From Candidatus Eiseniibacteriota bacterium (GTDB lineage: Bacteria; Eisenbacteria; RBG-16-71-46; CAIMUX01; VGJL01), in the NCBI GenBank assembly GCA_041946735.1, contig JBHGAY010000048.1, forward strand, positions 1-18,847: a stretch of DNA of 18,847 nt, given 5' to 3'. Position numbers and translations under genes: made by a program. Below are positions 1-8,574 of the stretch, in pieces. Positions within the stretch are counted from its first letter, which is position 1. Every line of letters starts with the position of its first letter. The notes beneath the pieces were generated by a model. The model saw only the letters and a program-made list of their open reading frames with translations. It had not been told where the DNA came from and did not search any database.

Positions 1-168
1 GGCTCTAGGGTTCACGGTGGTGAAGGGGCTGCGTGAGACTCTCGGCTCTAGGGTTCACGTTGGTGAAGCGGCTGCCTGAGAGTCTCGGCGCCGGGGTTCA
101 CGGTGGTGAAGGGGCTGCATGAGAGTCTCGGCGCCGGGGTTCACGGTGGTGAAGCGGCTGCCTGAGAG
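1..168. repeat. 43-bp tandem repeat array (about 3.9 copies; probably continues left of the window)
   Basis: Units at 1-43, 44-86, 87-129 and 130-168, consensus about GGC(TCTA/GCCG)GGGTTCACGGTGGTGAAG(G/C)GGCTGCNTGAGAGTCTC. Each unit holds TTCAC-N4-GTGAA and GAGA(G/C)TCTC palindromes. No unique spacers. Confidence 0.9.
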
Positions 169-538
169 GGCTTCCCCGAGGCAGTGGCAACAGAGTACCC
201 GCGGACGGAAGTTCAGCGCCTTTGCCGAAAAGTGGGATGCGCGGTTCCCCTCCATCAGAAAGTCTTGGCGTTCTCGGTGGGAGCAGGTGATTCCGTTCTT
301 CGCCTACCCTCAGGAGATTCGGAGGGTGATCCACACGGCGAACGCGATCGAGTCGATCAATGCCTCCATTCGCAAGGTGACCAAGAGGCGTGGCGCGTTC
401 CCAAAAGCCGAGTCCATACGGAAGGTAACCTACCTGGCGATCCAGAAGGCGTCGGAACATTGGACTGTAGCGATCGGCAAGTGGCCCCAGGCGTTGAGTC
501 ACTTCGCGATCGTCTTCGGAAGTCGCGTTCCGCGGTGA
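169..538 (+). pseudogene. IS256-family (Mutator-type DDE) transposase, truncated and internally deleted
   Basis: 169-216 reads GFPEAVATEYPRTEVQ (cf. IS256 DGLKGFPEAI..VYP.T.VQ). A different frame from about 218 reads AFAEKWDARFPSIRKSW..WEQVIPFFAYPQEIRRVIHTANAIESINASIRKVTKRRGAFP...W..ALSHFAIVFGSR*, the IS256 C-terminus with the TN.IES.N motif. Confidence 0.85.
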
Positions 539-575
539 TCGATCCAGCCGCTTACTCGGAAATACCGACAGACCC
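169..575 (+). mobile_element. IS256-family insertion sequence relic (3' part with right terminal inverted repeat)
   Basis: Transposase fragments (next feature), then TTACTCGGAAATACCGACAGACCC at 552-575, which resembles the TTACAC..AA..T..GACA.TCCC right end typical of IS256 elements. No left end visible. Confidence 0.75.
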
Positions 576-620
576 GGGCTCGTGGTGGGGAACCGGCTGC
601 CCGCAACTCTCGCTCCCGGC

Positions 621-680
621 GTTGACGGTGGTGAAACGCCTGGCCGAGAGTCTCGGCCCCGATCTCTAGGGTGGTGAAAG
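621..680. repeat. Degenerate copies of the 43-bp repeat to the right of the IS256 relic
   Basis: GTTGACGGTGGTGAAACGCCTGGCCGAGAGTCTCGGCCCCGATCTCTAGGGTGGTGAAAG aligns with GTTCACGGTGGTGAAGCGGCTGCCTGAGAGTCTCGGCGCCGGGGTTCACGGTGGTGAAG. Contains the palindrome GGCCGAGA-G-TCTCGGCC (642-658). Confidence 0.7.
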
Positions 681-795
681 CTCCGCCGGGGATTGGACCC
701 CAGGCCTTCCGCGGCCGTGAACCCCCCGCCCGGGAGCATCAGCGGGCACAGACGCGTCCGGACTGCAGCGCGAGAGCGGCACCGCGCGGGCAGAC

Positions 796-832
796 GAAGG
801 GAGGAGGAGCGCCGCCCGCTCCTCCTCCCTTC
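796..832 (-). terminator. Strong hairpin (16-bp perfect stem), probable terminator of the metallopeptidase gene
   Basis: GAAGGGAGGAGGAGCG-ccgcc-CGCTCCTCCTCCCTTC, about 35 nt downstream of the stop at 867. No clear U-tract. Confidence 0.65.
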
Positions 833-866
833 TTACGAGGTCGGATTGATCAGCGATGCGCGCGGC

Positions 867-3836
867 TTACTTCAGCAGCACCATCCGCGCGTTGTAGGTC
901 TTTCCGTCCGCCTGGAGCCGGCAGAAATAGACTCCCGCCGGAACACGGTGGCCGGCATCGTTCTGGCCGTCCCAGTGCGCGAGGTGCTCGCCCGCCGCCA
1001 GCCGGCCGCTCGCGAGGTTGGCCACGCGACGCCCGCTCGCATCGTAGACGGCGAGGTCGACTTCGCTCGGGTTCCCGAGACGGAAGCGGATGTCGGTGCG
1101 CAGCCCGAACGGGTTCGGCGTGCTCGGCGCGAGGCCGGTCACGAAGCGAACCTGGAAGTCCTCCGTCGCCGCCAGGTCCCACACCGCCGTGAGCAGGAAG
1201 TCATCGAGCCCCGCCTCGACGAGCGAGCCGGGGGAGACGTCCGACGCGACGAAGCGGAACTGCACGATGCCCGGATCGGCGACGTAGTCAGCCAGGTCGA
1301 AGGACATCGGCGCCCACGCGTTCGTCGAGGTGGTCGTGTGCTCGATCGGAGTCCAGCTCTGGCCGCCGTCGTTGGTCACGTCGACGTCCCAGTAGTCCAG
1401 GTCCGGGGAGTTGCCGAGGTTGTTCGTGTAGTACTTCCAGTAGCTGACCTGGATCTGGCTGGCATGCGTCAGATCGAAGTTCGGGGAGAGGACCGTAGTC
1501 TTTCCCGCGTCGACGTCCGCCTCGCCGGCGGCGCCGCCCACCTGGCCGTTGCCGGTGATCCAGCAGATGTGGCCCGGGTCCGTCGTGTGGTCGTTCTCCG
1601 GCTGGCAGGGCTGGCCGTTGTAGGTCGTCCCGATCGGGTCTACCCGCTCCCAACGACCGGAGGCCGCGTCGTCGCCCTCCGCGCCGGCATGCCATGCCGT
1701 CGCCGTCTCCATCTCGTCCGGGAACGCGTCGTCGACCTGGAAGTAGTGCAGCTCGTCGGGGGCGTTGCGCGGGCTCGTCCCGTAGGCGCCCAGGTTGTCC
1801 GAAGCCGAGATGTAGTACTCGACGATCGAACCCCAGGCCGCCCCCGGAATCGTTCCCTCGTACTCGTCGGGATTCCCGGTCGGGACCATGGGCGCCGTCG
1901 CGAAGTCGCCGCCGTTCACGCGGTAGTGCACTTGAACCGAGCTGTCGACGATTTCGCCCTGGCCCAGCGGCAGGGAGACGGCGGTCGCCACGACGTCGTA
2001 CCCCGTCTGCTCAGCCGTGTACGGATGGTCGTCGCTATTGACGAAGACGCCAACGAGGATCTCGGGGCACTCGAAGCCGTGGTTCTGCGCCGCCTCGCAG
2101 AAGATCGCGTGGTGCGGCGTGCCGTCGTCGAGGTTGCCGTTGTCATCGTCCGCCACGAAGGTGGCGAGGACCTGATCCGGCTGCGTTTGCGGGTGCATCA
2201 GCACGCGGCCGAAATGCCAGCGGGTCGCGGACTCGATCGTCCCTTGATCCGTGCCGTACAGCCCCTGCAGCAGCACCATCGAGTCCCAGTTGAAGCCGGC
2301 GATCACCTGCCCGGCCGTGTGGATCTCCTGTCCGACGACGTCATCCGGGTACATCAGATGGTTGAGCGAGTTGCGGATCCCGCTGACGCAGTTGCCGGTG
2401 TAGAAGCCGCGGCCGATGATGGGATCCTGGGTGATGAGGTTCCCGAGGATATCGCTGTTGCCTTCCCCGATGCCCTGGGTCCCCTGGCCTCCGATGACCG
2501 TCTGCGAGACGCCGTGGCCGAACTCATGATGGACGACCTGCTGCAGCTCGCCGGTGTTGGCGTACTGGCCGCCCGCGGCGCAGAAGTTGATCGTCCCGTC
2601 CCACCAGGCGTTGCCCGGGCAGTAGAAGTCGTTGCGGCTGACATACGCGGAGATGCGCTGTTGCGTGTAGGAGAAGCCCGGGTCGAAGAGCTCGAAGAAG
2701 TCATGGACGTCGTTCACCGCATCGAAGGTGTCGCGCTCGTCCTGCTGGGCGTTGGAATCGAAGAAGGTGACGTTCAGCGGGACGTTCTCTTGCGCGGTGC
2801 CCGTGAATGTCGCCTCGGCGCCCGCGAAGTTGTTCATATCGACGAACGGGCCGTACAGGTCGGCGGTCACCTGGCGGGGGCCGCCGGTCCCGTTGATCGA
2901 CCAGTTGCCGTTCGCGTCCGTGTTCACGTTGCCGATCCCATTCACCTGGATGCGGAGGTAGGGGATCGTCATGTTCGTGCTGCCGTCGCACCAGCCGAAG
3001 CGCTGGACCTCGGTCTCCGTGGTGCCGAGGTAGGCGAAGCTGATGTCGTTGTAGCGCCAGAGGATCTCACCCGTGTGCGCGTCGACGTGCGTCACCCAGA
3101 TCCCGAGCGGGTTCTCGGTACGCACCCGCACCTTCCAGACCAGGTGGTGCGAGACCTCGCTGGCCGAGACGGGAACGGGCAGGACGAGCAGCGAGGTGCC
3201 GTCCTCCACGCGGTCGGTCGTTGCGTTGAACGGAACGCTGAGGCGCGCGATCTCGATCGCCTGCTCGCGCGACACACCGGTGACCGGGCTCAGCGAGATG
3301 TTCGGCTGATAGTCGGAGCCCATCAGCATCATCCGGCCATCGTCGGTCAGGATCACGCGGACGACGGCGCCGTGCACGTCGATCCCGTTCCAGGTCTGCT
3401 GGAAGTGGACTCCCCACTTCCCGAGAGCGTGCTCGACGGCGGTCAGACGGAGCTGCGACGCGTCGGCCCGCAGCAAATCCTGGTTGGCGCTGATGACACG
3501 GCGCGCCACGACCTCCGCCTGCGTCGCATCGTCGATCGCGTCGGAGACTTTCGGGCTCGTGCCGTACGCCCAACGGGCGGCGCCGGTCTGCGCGTTCCAG
3601 GAATAGATCTGCCAGTTCCCACCATACCGGGCGGAGAGAGTGCGGGCTCCGGAGAGGGTCGCCGCCATCTTCGCCGGGGACTGGTACCCCTCGATGTCGA
3701 ATTCGGGAAGACGAATCTCGAGAGATTCGTTTTGCGGCATGGGCTGGAATGCGCCCGCAGGCGGCGCGAGCCCGACGAGCAGGGAGGCGAAGGCGAGGAC
3801 GGCAATCCATCCCCCCGAGCGCATGCTGAAGTTCAC
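867..3836 (-). CDS. Secreted thermolysin/fungalysin-like (M4/M36) zinc metallopeptidase with FTP/PepSY-like propeptide, accessory beta domains and C-terminal FlgD-Ig sorting-type domain
   Basis: 989 aa ORF with GTG start and AGGAG SD. Signal peptide (WIAVLAFASLLVGLAPPAGA). Propeptide motifs VHFQQTWNGIDV and HVDAHTGEIL. Catalytic motifs NAWWDG, HEFGH, GEGNSD. C-terminus PNPF...LAVYDASGRRV...WDG...GVYFCRL. Confidence 0.9.
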   Translation of the reverse strand: MNFSMRSGGWIAVLAFASLLVGLAPPAGAFQPMPQNESLEIRLPEFDIEGYQSPAKMAATLSGARTLSARYGGNWQIYSWNAQTGAARWAYGTSPKVSDAIDDATQAEVVARRVISANQDLLRADASQLRLTAVEHALGKWGVHFQQTWNGIDVHGAVVRVILTDDGRMMLMGSDYQPNISLSPVTGVSREQAIEIARLSVPFNATTDRVEDGTSLLVLPVPVSASEVSHHLVWKVRVRTENPLGIWVTHVDAHTGEILWRYNDISFAYLGTTETEVQRFGWCDGSTNMTIPYLRIQVNGIGNVNTDANGNWSINGTGGPRQVTADLYGPFVDMNNFAGAEATFTGTAQENVPLNVTFFDSNAQQDERDTFDAVNDVHDFFELFDPGFSYTQQRISAYVSRNDFYCPGNAWWDGTINFCAAGGQYANTGELQQVVHHEFGHGVSQTVIGGQGTQGIGEGNSDILGNLITQDPIIGRGFYTGNCVSGIRNSLNHLMYPDDVVGQEIHTAGQVIAGFNWDSMVLLQGLYGTDQGTIESATRWHFGRVLMHPQTQPDQVLATFVADDDNGNLDDGTPHHAIFCEAAQNHGFECPEILVGVFVNSDDHPYTAEQTGYDVVATAVSLPLGQGEIVDSSVQVHYRVNGGDFATAPMVPTGNPDEYEGTIPGAAWGSIVEYYISASDNLGAYGTSPRNAPDELHYFQVDDAFPDEMETATAWHAGAEGDDAASGRWERVDPIGTTYNGQPCQPENDHTTDPGHICWITGNGQVGGAAGEADVDAGKTTVLSPNFDLTHASQIQVSYWKYYTNNLGNSPDLDYWDVDVTNDGGQSWTPIEHTTTSTNAWAPMSFDLADYVADPGIVQFRFVASDVSPGSLVEAGLDDFLLTAVWDLAATEDFQVRFVTGLAPSTPNPFGLRTDIRFRLGNPSEVDLAVYDASGRRVANLASGRLAAGEHLAHWDGQNDAGHRVPAGVYFCRLQADGKTYNARMVLLK

Positions 3837-3932
3837 GTCAGTTTCTCCTTTCCCAGCGATGTCCTGGAGACCGAGGTGCGCGGATCATGCGGATCGCGGC
3901 AACGAGCGGCCTACCTGATGACCCAGCAATCA

Positions 3933-3961
3933 ATTGTAACAGGAAGTTTAAGCCGCGTCGA
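3933..3961 (-). promoter_or_regulatory. Putative sigma-70 promoter of the metallopeptidase gene
   Basis: Minus strand TCGACG-17 nt-TACAAT with extended -10 TG (TGtTACAAT, 3933-3941), in a locally AT-rich patch about 100 nt upstream of the start. Confidence 0.5.
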
Positions 3962-4361
3962 CAGGATTGCGGCCCGGTGCGGGCCGGTCCTTCGCATGGC
4001 GCCGGAGCGGCAGGGAAGGGGCGCCGGAGCGGCAGGCGGGCAAGGGCATGCACCGAGGCGGGCAGCGGGGAACCGGATCGCGCCAATCCGCAAACACGAA
4101 TCTGCGACCGCTGCGGCGGATGGGGTGGAGCGGGTAGAATCGCCGGTCTGCGGCGGGCGGACGAGGGAGAGGGCAGCGGCAGCAGGAGAGGCGGCGAGGC
4201 CGGAGCGCCCGACCGGGCCACGAGGCCCGAAGGGCCGGCGGACCGCCCCGCGCTGAAGGCGCCGGGTCGCGCTCGTCCCTGTTCCGCCTGCCTGGGCGAA
4301 ACGCGGGTCGCGTCGACTCACATTCGGTCGCATCGATGAGCGGGAAGCGAAGGAGGAGAGA

Positions 4362-5063
4362 ATGCGGATCGAGAATGCGCGTGCGCTGGTGACGGGAGGA
4401 AGCGAGGGAATCGGGTACGCGATCGCCGAGGCGCTCGTCGCGCGCAAGGCGAAGGTTGCGATCCTCGCGCGGCGGCCCGGCCTGCTCGAGGAGGCGGGAA
4501 AGAAGCTCGGAGCTCTCCCGATCCAGGGAGACGTCGCGCGCGAGGAAGACGCGAAGCGCGCGGTCGAGAATGTCGTCGAGGCGTTCGGCGGGATCGATAT
4601 CCTGGTGAACAACGCCGGGTACGGGATCTTCAAGCCGCTCGTGGAGCTGGAGACCGAAGAGATGCGGTCGGTCTTTGACACCAACGTCTTCGGCGCGATG
4701 TGGATGGCGCGGGAGGCGGCGCGGCACTTCATCCGTCAGGGAAGCGGCAACATCATCAACATCTCCTCGACCTCGGGATTGAAGGGGGGAAGGGGAAGCA
4801 CCGCGTATTCGGCGTCGAAGTTCGCGCTCCGCGGCATGACGGAGTGCTGGCGGGACGAGCTGCGGCGCCACAACGTCCGCGTGATGCTGGTCAATCCGAG
4901 CGAAGTGCAGACCACGTTCTTCGAGAAGGTGGGCCGGAAGCAGGAGATGTCGCCGAAGAAGCTCCGCGGCAAAGAGATCGCCGACGCGATCGTCGGGGCT
5001 CTCGAGATGGACGATCGGGGGTTCATCCCGGAGTTGTCCGTCTGGGCGACGAACCCGTTCTGA
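4362..5063 (+). CDS. Short-chain dehydrogenase/reductase (classical SDR, NAD(P)-dependent oxidoreductase)
   Basis: TGGSEGIG nucleotide-binding motif, NNAG, catalytic S and YSASK. AGGAGG SD upstream of the ATG. Confidence 0.95.
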   Translation: MRIENARALVTGGSEGIGYAIAEALVARKAKVAILARRPGLLEEAGKKLGALPIQGDVAREEDAKRAVENVVEAFGGIDILVNNAGYGIFKPLVELETEEMRSVFDTNVFGAMWMAREAARHFIRQGSGNIINISSTSGLKGGRGSTAYSASKFALRGMTECWRDELRRHNVRVMLVNPSEVQTTFFEKVGRKQEMSPKKLRGKEIADAIVGALEMDDRGFIPELSVWATNPF

Positions 5064-5093
5064 TTCCCGCCCGGCTGGCGCCGCGCCCGCTTC

Positions 5094-5354
5094 CTACGTT
5101 GCCTTCGTCTTCGCGCCCTTCTTGCCGCGGAACGCTTTCAGCAACGCCATCATGAGCAGGCTCCAGAACGCGATCGCGATCCCGGCGCCCGCGCCGTAGG
5201 TGAGGAACGCGGCGTGGGCGGCGCCCGACTGAAAGCTCCCTATGAGGGAGGGGGGGATCGTCTTCTGGAAGAGGCTGAAGAACACCTGACCGAGGACGAG
5301 GCCGAAGACCAGGCTCAGGACGAACAGGAGGATTACGCCGGCGGACCGAGACAT
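5094..5354 (-). CDS. Small hypothetical membrane protein (2 TM helices, Lys-rich tail)
   Basis: 86 aa with two long hydrophobic segments, GAGGAAGGAG SD, and GC3-biased codons. Convergent with the SDR gene. Confidence 0.75.
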   Translation of the reverse strand: MSRSAGVILLFVLSLVFGLVLGQVFFSLFQKTIPPSLIGSFQSGAAHAAFLTYGAGAGIAIAFWSLLMMALLKAFRGKKGAKTKAT

Positions 5355-5446
5355 TCATCGCTCCTTCCTCGAGCGCGTCGCTCCACGATAGAGCGATCGA
5401 GCACGCACGCAGGATCCTGCCACACGCGAAGACGCCGCGAAAGTGG

Positions 5447-5488
5447 AGATGCGCTTGACCGCGCTTGAACCGCAAGATGCGCTTGACC
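5447..5488. repeat. 14-bp direct repeat AGATGCGCTTGACC x2 with a third GCGCTTGA core between them, in a divergent intergenic region
   Basis: Copies at 5447-5460 and 5475-5488; core at 5461-5468. Confidence 0.6.
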
Positions 5489-5577
5489 CCTTCCGTCGAT
5501 GGCGCAATCCGTGGCACAATTGTTCCCGTCGCATGCCGGCTGGCGATCCGCTCTCGGCCGATCCACGGAGGTGCTGC

Positions 5578-7275
5578 ATGACTTCTCGCTCCACCGCCAT
5601 CCTCGTTCCTGGTCTCTTCGTCCTCGGGCTTCTCGCCGTCGCGCCCGGGCTTGCCCGCGGGCAGGAGGGCACGGAGTCCCCGCCGGTGCCGAGCGGGGCG
5701 CCCCACGTCCACGTCGCTCCCGACGGAGAGACCACCACCACCTGCACCTGCCGCCCGGCCACGGAGGCGGAGCGCGGGGACCTGTCGATCGCCCCCGACG
5801 GCTACGTGCAGGACGAGCCCCGGGAGTCGTTCACGCGGGGGGAGGTGCCTCTGCCGCTCGTCCCCGACTGGGTGGGGACGCGCACGCGTGCGGTCGGCGG
5901 AATGGCGTGGGGAGACGCGGACAACGATGGCGACCTCGACCTGATGGTCGGAACCTACTGGGCGAACCAGTGGCCCCCGCTCGTCGACTACTACAACTTC
6001 CTCTACCTCAACGAAGGCGGGACGCTCGAGAGCCAGCCGAGCTGGATCTCGGTCGATCAGAAGCACACGACCGACGTGAAGGTTTGCGACATCAACCGGG
6101 ACGGCTACCCCGACTTCTTCTTCGCCAACGGTGGCAACTCCTTCCAGCCGAGCCAGGTCTTCTATGGCCGCGACGGCCTGCTGCCGACGACGGCCGGCTG
6201 GGCGAACAACGGCGGAGTGTGGTCGATCGGGGCGGCGGCCGCCGACTTCGATTCCGACGGCGACATCGACGTCGCGCTCGCGAACGAGGGGAACTCCAGC
6301 GATCCCTGGCGGCCCACGACGCTCTACCGCAACACGGGCACCCAACTCGAGGTGAGCCCATCCTGGGCCTCGGCGCAGGTCGGGATCACGAACTCCGTCG
6401 ACTGGGGGGACTTCGACGGCGACGGAGACCTGGACCTGGCCGCCGCGGGCTGGTCGAACTGGCAGACCGGCGTCTGGCGCAACCTCGGCACGACGCTCGA
6501 GACCGGCTTCGCATGGACGACCGGCCACCCGGAGCGGACCGACAAGGGGATCGGATGGGCGCTCGTCGACGCCGACCCGTACTACGACCTCGCGGTGGGC
6601 GGGAACGGGGCGCCGAGCTGGCTTTTCGCCAACGACGGCGACGGGCTTGGATCGTCCCCCGTGTGGGCCTCGACCGACGCCTACCAGGGAACGCAGGAAC
6701 TGACCTGGGTCGACATCGACAACGATGGGGATCCGGATCTCGCCTCGGTCCACTTCTCGACGGGCCACGTGCGGATTCACCTCAACAACGAGGGAGTGCT
6801 CTCGACGCTCGCCGATTGGCAGTACGACGCGGCGGTCAGCGCCACGGCGATCGCTTTCGGCGACCTGAACGGAGACGGCTGGCAGGATCTCGCGGTCGGC
6901 ACGGCGAACGGACCGGTCGAGATCTTCGTGAACTCCGGACCGCCGGCCGGGATTGCGGAGAGCGGATCCGAGCTGCCTCGTCCCGGGGAGGTGCGCGTGC
7001 GCGCCGCGCGCAATCCGGTCGCCGGCATCGCCCGGTTCCAGATCGAGGCGGCCGAGCCGATCACGATCGAGCGGGCCGAGGTGTTCGACGTCGAGGGGCG
7101 GCGGCTCGGAGCGGTGCATGGCCCGCTCTCCGACGCTCGCCGCTCGCGCGTCGTCTCGTGGGATCGCGCGGAGGCGGGAGCGCCCGCCGGGCTCTACTTC
7201 CTCCGCGTGGTCGGACGGAGCGTCGCCGGGGAGGAGATCGTTCGCACCACGCGATTCCTCGTCGTCTCGCGCTGA
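5578..7275 (+). CDS. Secreted FG-GAP/VCBS-repeat beta-propeller protein with C-terminal FlgD-Ig-like sorting domain
   Basis: GGAGGT SD then ATG 5578 (preferred over 5443). Signal peptide ending LARG. About 7 Ca-binding repeats (WGDADNDGDLDL, DINRDGYPD, DFDSDGDID, WGDFDGDGDLDL, DIDNDGDPDL, GDLNGDGWQDL). C-terminus RNPV...VFDVEGRRL...WD...GLYFLRV. Confidence 0.88.
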   Translation: MTSRSTAILVPGLFVLGLLAVAPGLARGQEGTESPPVPSGAPHVHVAPDGETTTTCTCRPATEAERGDLSIAPDGYVQDEPRESFTRGEVPLPLVPDWVGTRTRAVGGMAWGDADNDGDLDLMVGTYWANQWPPLVDYYNFLYLNEGGTLESQPSWISVDQKHTTDVKVCDINRDGYPDFFFANGGNSFQPSQVFYGRDGLLPTTAGWANNGGVWSIGAAAADFDSDGDIDVALANEGNSSDPWRPTTLYRNTGTQLEVSPSWASAQVGITNSVDWGDFDGDGDLDLAAAGWSNWQTGVWRNLGTTLETGFAWTTGHPERTDKGIGWALVDADPYYDLAVGGNGAPSWLFANDGDGLGSSPVWASTDAYQGTQELTWVDIDNDGDPDLASVHFSTGHVRIHLNNEGVLSTLADWQYDAAVSATAIAFGDLNGDGWQDLAVGTANGPVEIFVNSGPPAGIAESGSELPRPGEVRVRAARNPVAGIARFQIEAAEPITIERAEVFDVEGRRLGAVHGPLSDARRSRVVSWDRAEAGAPAGLYFLRVVGRSVAGEEIVRTTRFLVVSR

Positions 7276-7353
7276 TTCCACACGGGCGGGCGGCGATCCG
7301 CGCGCCGGCCGATGGGGCGCCGCCTCTCCCCGCGGCCTGCGCGTCTCTTTGCT

Positions 7354-7405
7354 CGTGCGACGCGCACGGCCGTCCTACCCCGTGTGACGCGCACGGCCGT
7401 CCTAC
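7354..7405. repeat. 27-bp period tandem duplication spanning the AI-2E stop codon
   Basis: CGTGCGACGCGCACGGCCGTCCTAC (7354-7378) and CGTGTGACGCGCACGGCCGTCCTAC (7381-7405). Confidence 0.75.
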
Positions 7406-8502
7406 TTCCGCAGGAACTCCCCGATCGAGCGGAGCGAGGCAACGTGCTCGCAGAGGATCCCGAAGACCACGACCATCGGGACGGCGAGCAGCGAACCCGC
7501 GATCCCCCACACGTACGACCAGAAAAGCAGCCCCAGGAAGATGACGAGCGGATTGAGGATGAGCCGGAAGCCGAGGATGAACGGCGTGACGACGTAGCTC
7601 TCCAGGATGTTGATCACCACGAAGCAGGCGGGAGCGAGCAGCGCGTGGCCGAGCCCCTCGAACGTGAGCAGTCCAGCCAGCGTGAGCAGCGTCACGGTGC
7701 CGATCGCGCCGAGATAGGGGACGAAGTTCAGCAGCCCCGCGATCGCGCCCCACAGAAGCGGATTCGGCATGCCGATCAGGCGCATCGCGAGTGCGGTCAG
7801 GAGCCCAACGGCGGCGTTGATCGTCGTGATCGTGGAGAGATAGGTGGAGATCTTCTTCTCGATGTCGCGCGCGATCGCCACCGCTTTCTTCTTGTCGGCG
7901 AGCTGCGGGAGGGCCCGGATCAGCCGCTCGAGCACCATGTCCCCGGAAGCGAGCAGGAAGTAGGTGAGGAACACGATGACGACGAGCGAGGAGAGAAAGC
8001 CGATCGTCCCGCCGAACACGCGGCGGAAGAGCGTGTTGCCGTCGTCCTTGACGCGGACTTCCGGTGTGGCGCGCCCTTCCTCCGTCGTCATCTCGGTCAT
8101 CTTCTGGACCTCTTGCGCCGCCCGCGACACCTCTTGCACCGGCTCCCTCAACGGCCGGAAGCGCTGCTCGACCCTGTGGAGGCTTTCGGGAAGGCGATTC
8201 GTCCACTGCGCGGCCGGACTGGCGACCTCGTAGGCGAGGAGGGCGGCGGCGCTGACGAAGACGAGCAGGACGAGCGCGCCGGCCACGGGGAACGGAACGC
8301 GGTGGCGGTGCAGCCAGCGCACGGGCGGCAGGAGCAGGAAGGTCAGGTACTGCGCGATCACGATCGGCACCAGCAAACCGCGCGCGGCGTGCAGCGTGTA
8401 GAGGATCGCCAGAACGAAGAGGCCGATCACCGCAACGTGGGCGGCGCTCGCGCGGCGGGCGCGGCTCCCCGCGTTCGGGGTCGTCGTCGCGCCGTCGCTC
8501 AT
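7402..8502 (-). CDS. AI-2E family (PerM/UPF0118) transporter
   Basis: 366 aa multi-TM protein with family motifs LLWGAIAGLLNFVPYLG, ESYVVTP, LNPLVIFLGLLFWSYVWGIAGSLLAVP. GAGGAG SD. Confidence 0.92.
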   Translation of the reverse strand: MSDGATTTPNAGSRARRASAAHVAVIGLFVLAILYTLHAARGLLVPIVIAQYLTFLLLPPVRWLHRHRVPFPVAGALVLLVFVSAAALLAYEVASPAAQWTNRLPESLHRVEQRFRPLREPVQEVSRAAQEVQKMTEMTTEEGRATPEVRVKDDGNTLFRRVFGGTIGFLSSLVVIVFLTYFLLASGDMVLERLIRALPQLADKKKAVAIARDIEKKISTYLSTITTINAAVGLLTALAMRLIGMPNPLLWGAIAGLLNFVPYLGAIGTVTLLTLAGLLTFEGLGHALLAPACFVVINILESYVVTPFILGFRLILNPLVIFLGLLFWSYVWGIAGSLLAVPMVVVFGILCEHVASLRSIGEFLRK

Positions 8503-8574
8503 GGGCTCGCGCTCCTCGTCGCCCCGGGACGGAGGCGGGCGCCGCCGGCGCCTCGATGGCGGCGCGCCCGCCCG

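Noticed and set aside
1..168. CRISPR array
   Set aside because: Units are contiguous with no unique spacers, and there are no cas genes in the window.
693..4256. 1187-aa plus-strand ORF (also 12908-15427 +, 5023-7281 -, 7312-9051 +, 5499-7544 +, 10554-12761 +, 13284-15017 -)
   Set aside because: Antisense or alternate-frame shadows of well-supported genes, caused by high GC3. They are Arg/Val/Pro-rich with no recognisable motifs.
3960..4350. ncRNA/tRNA or small ORF in the long purine-rich intergenic region
   Set aside because: No tRNA T-loop or riboswitch consensus recognisable. ORFs here (3838-4221, 3887-4339) are low-complexity with no motifs. An Infernal/Rfam scan would be needed to exclude an RNA.
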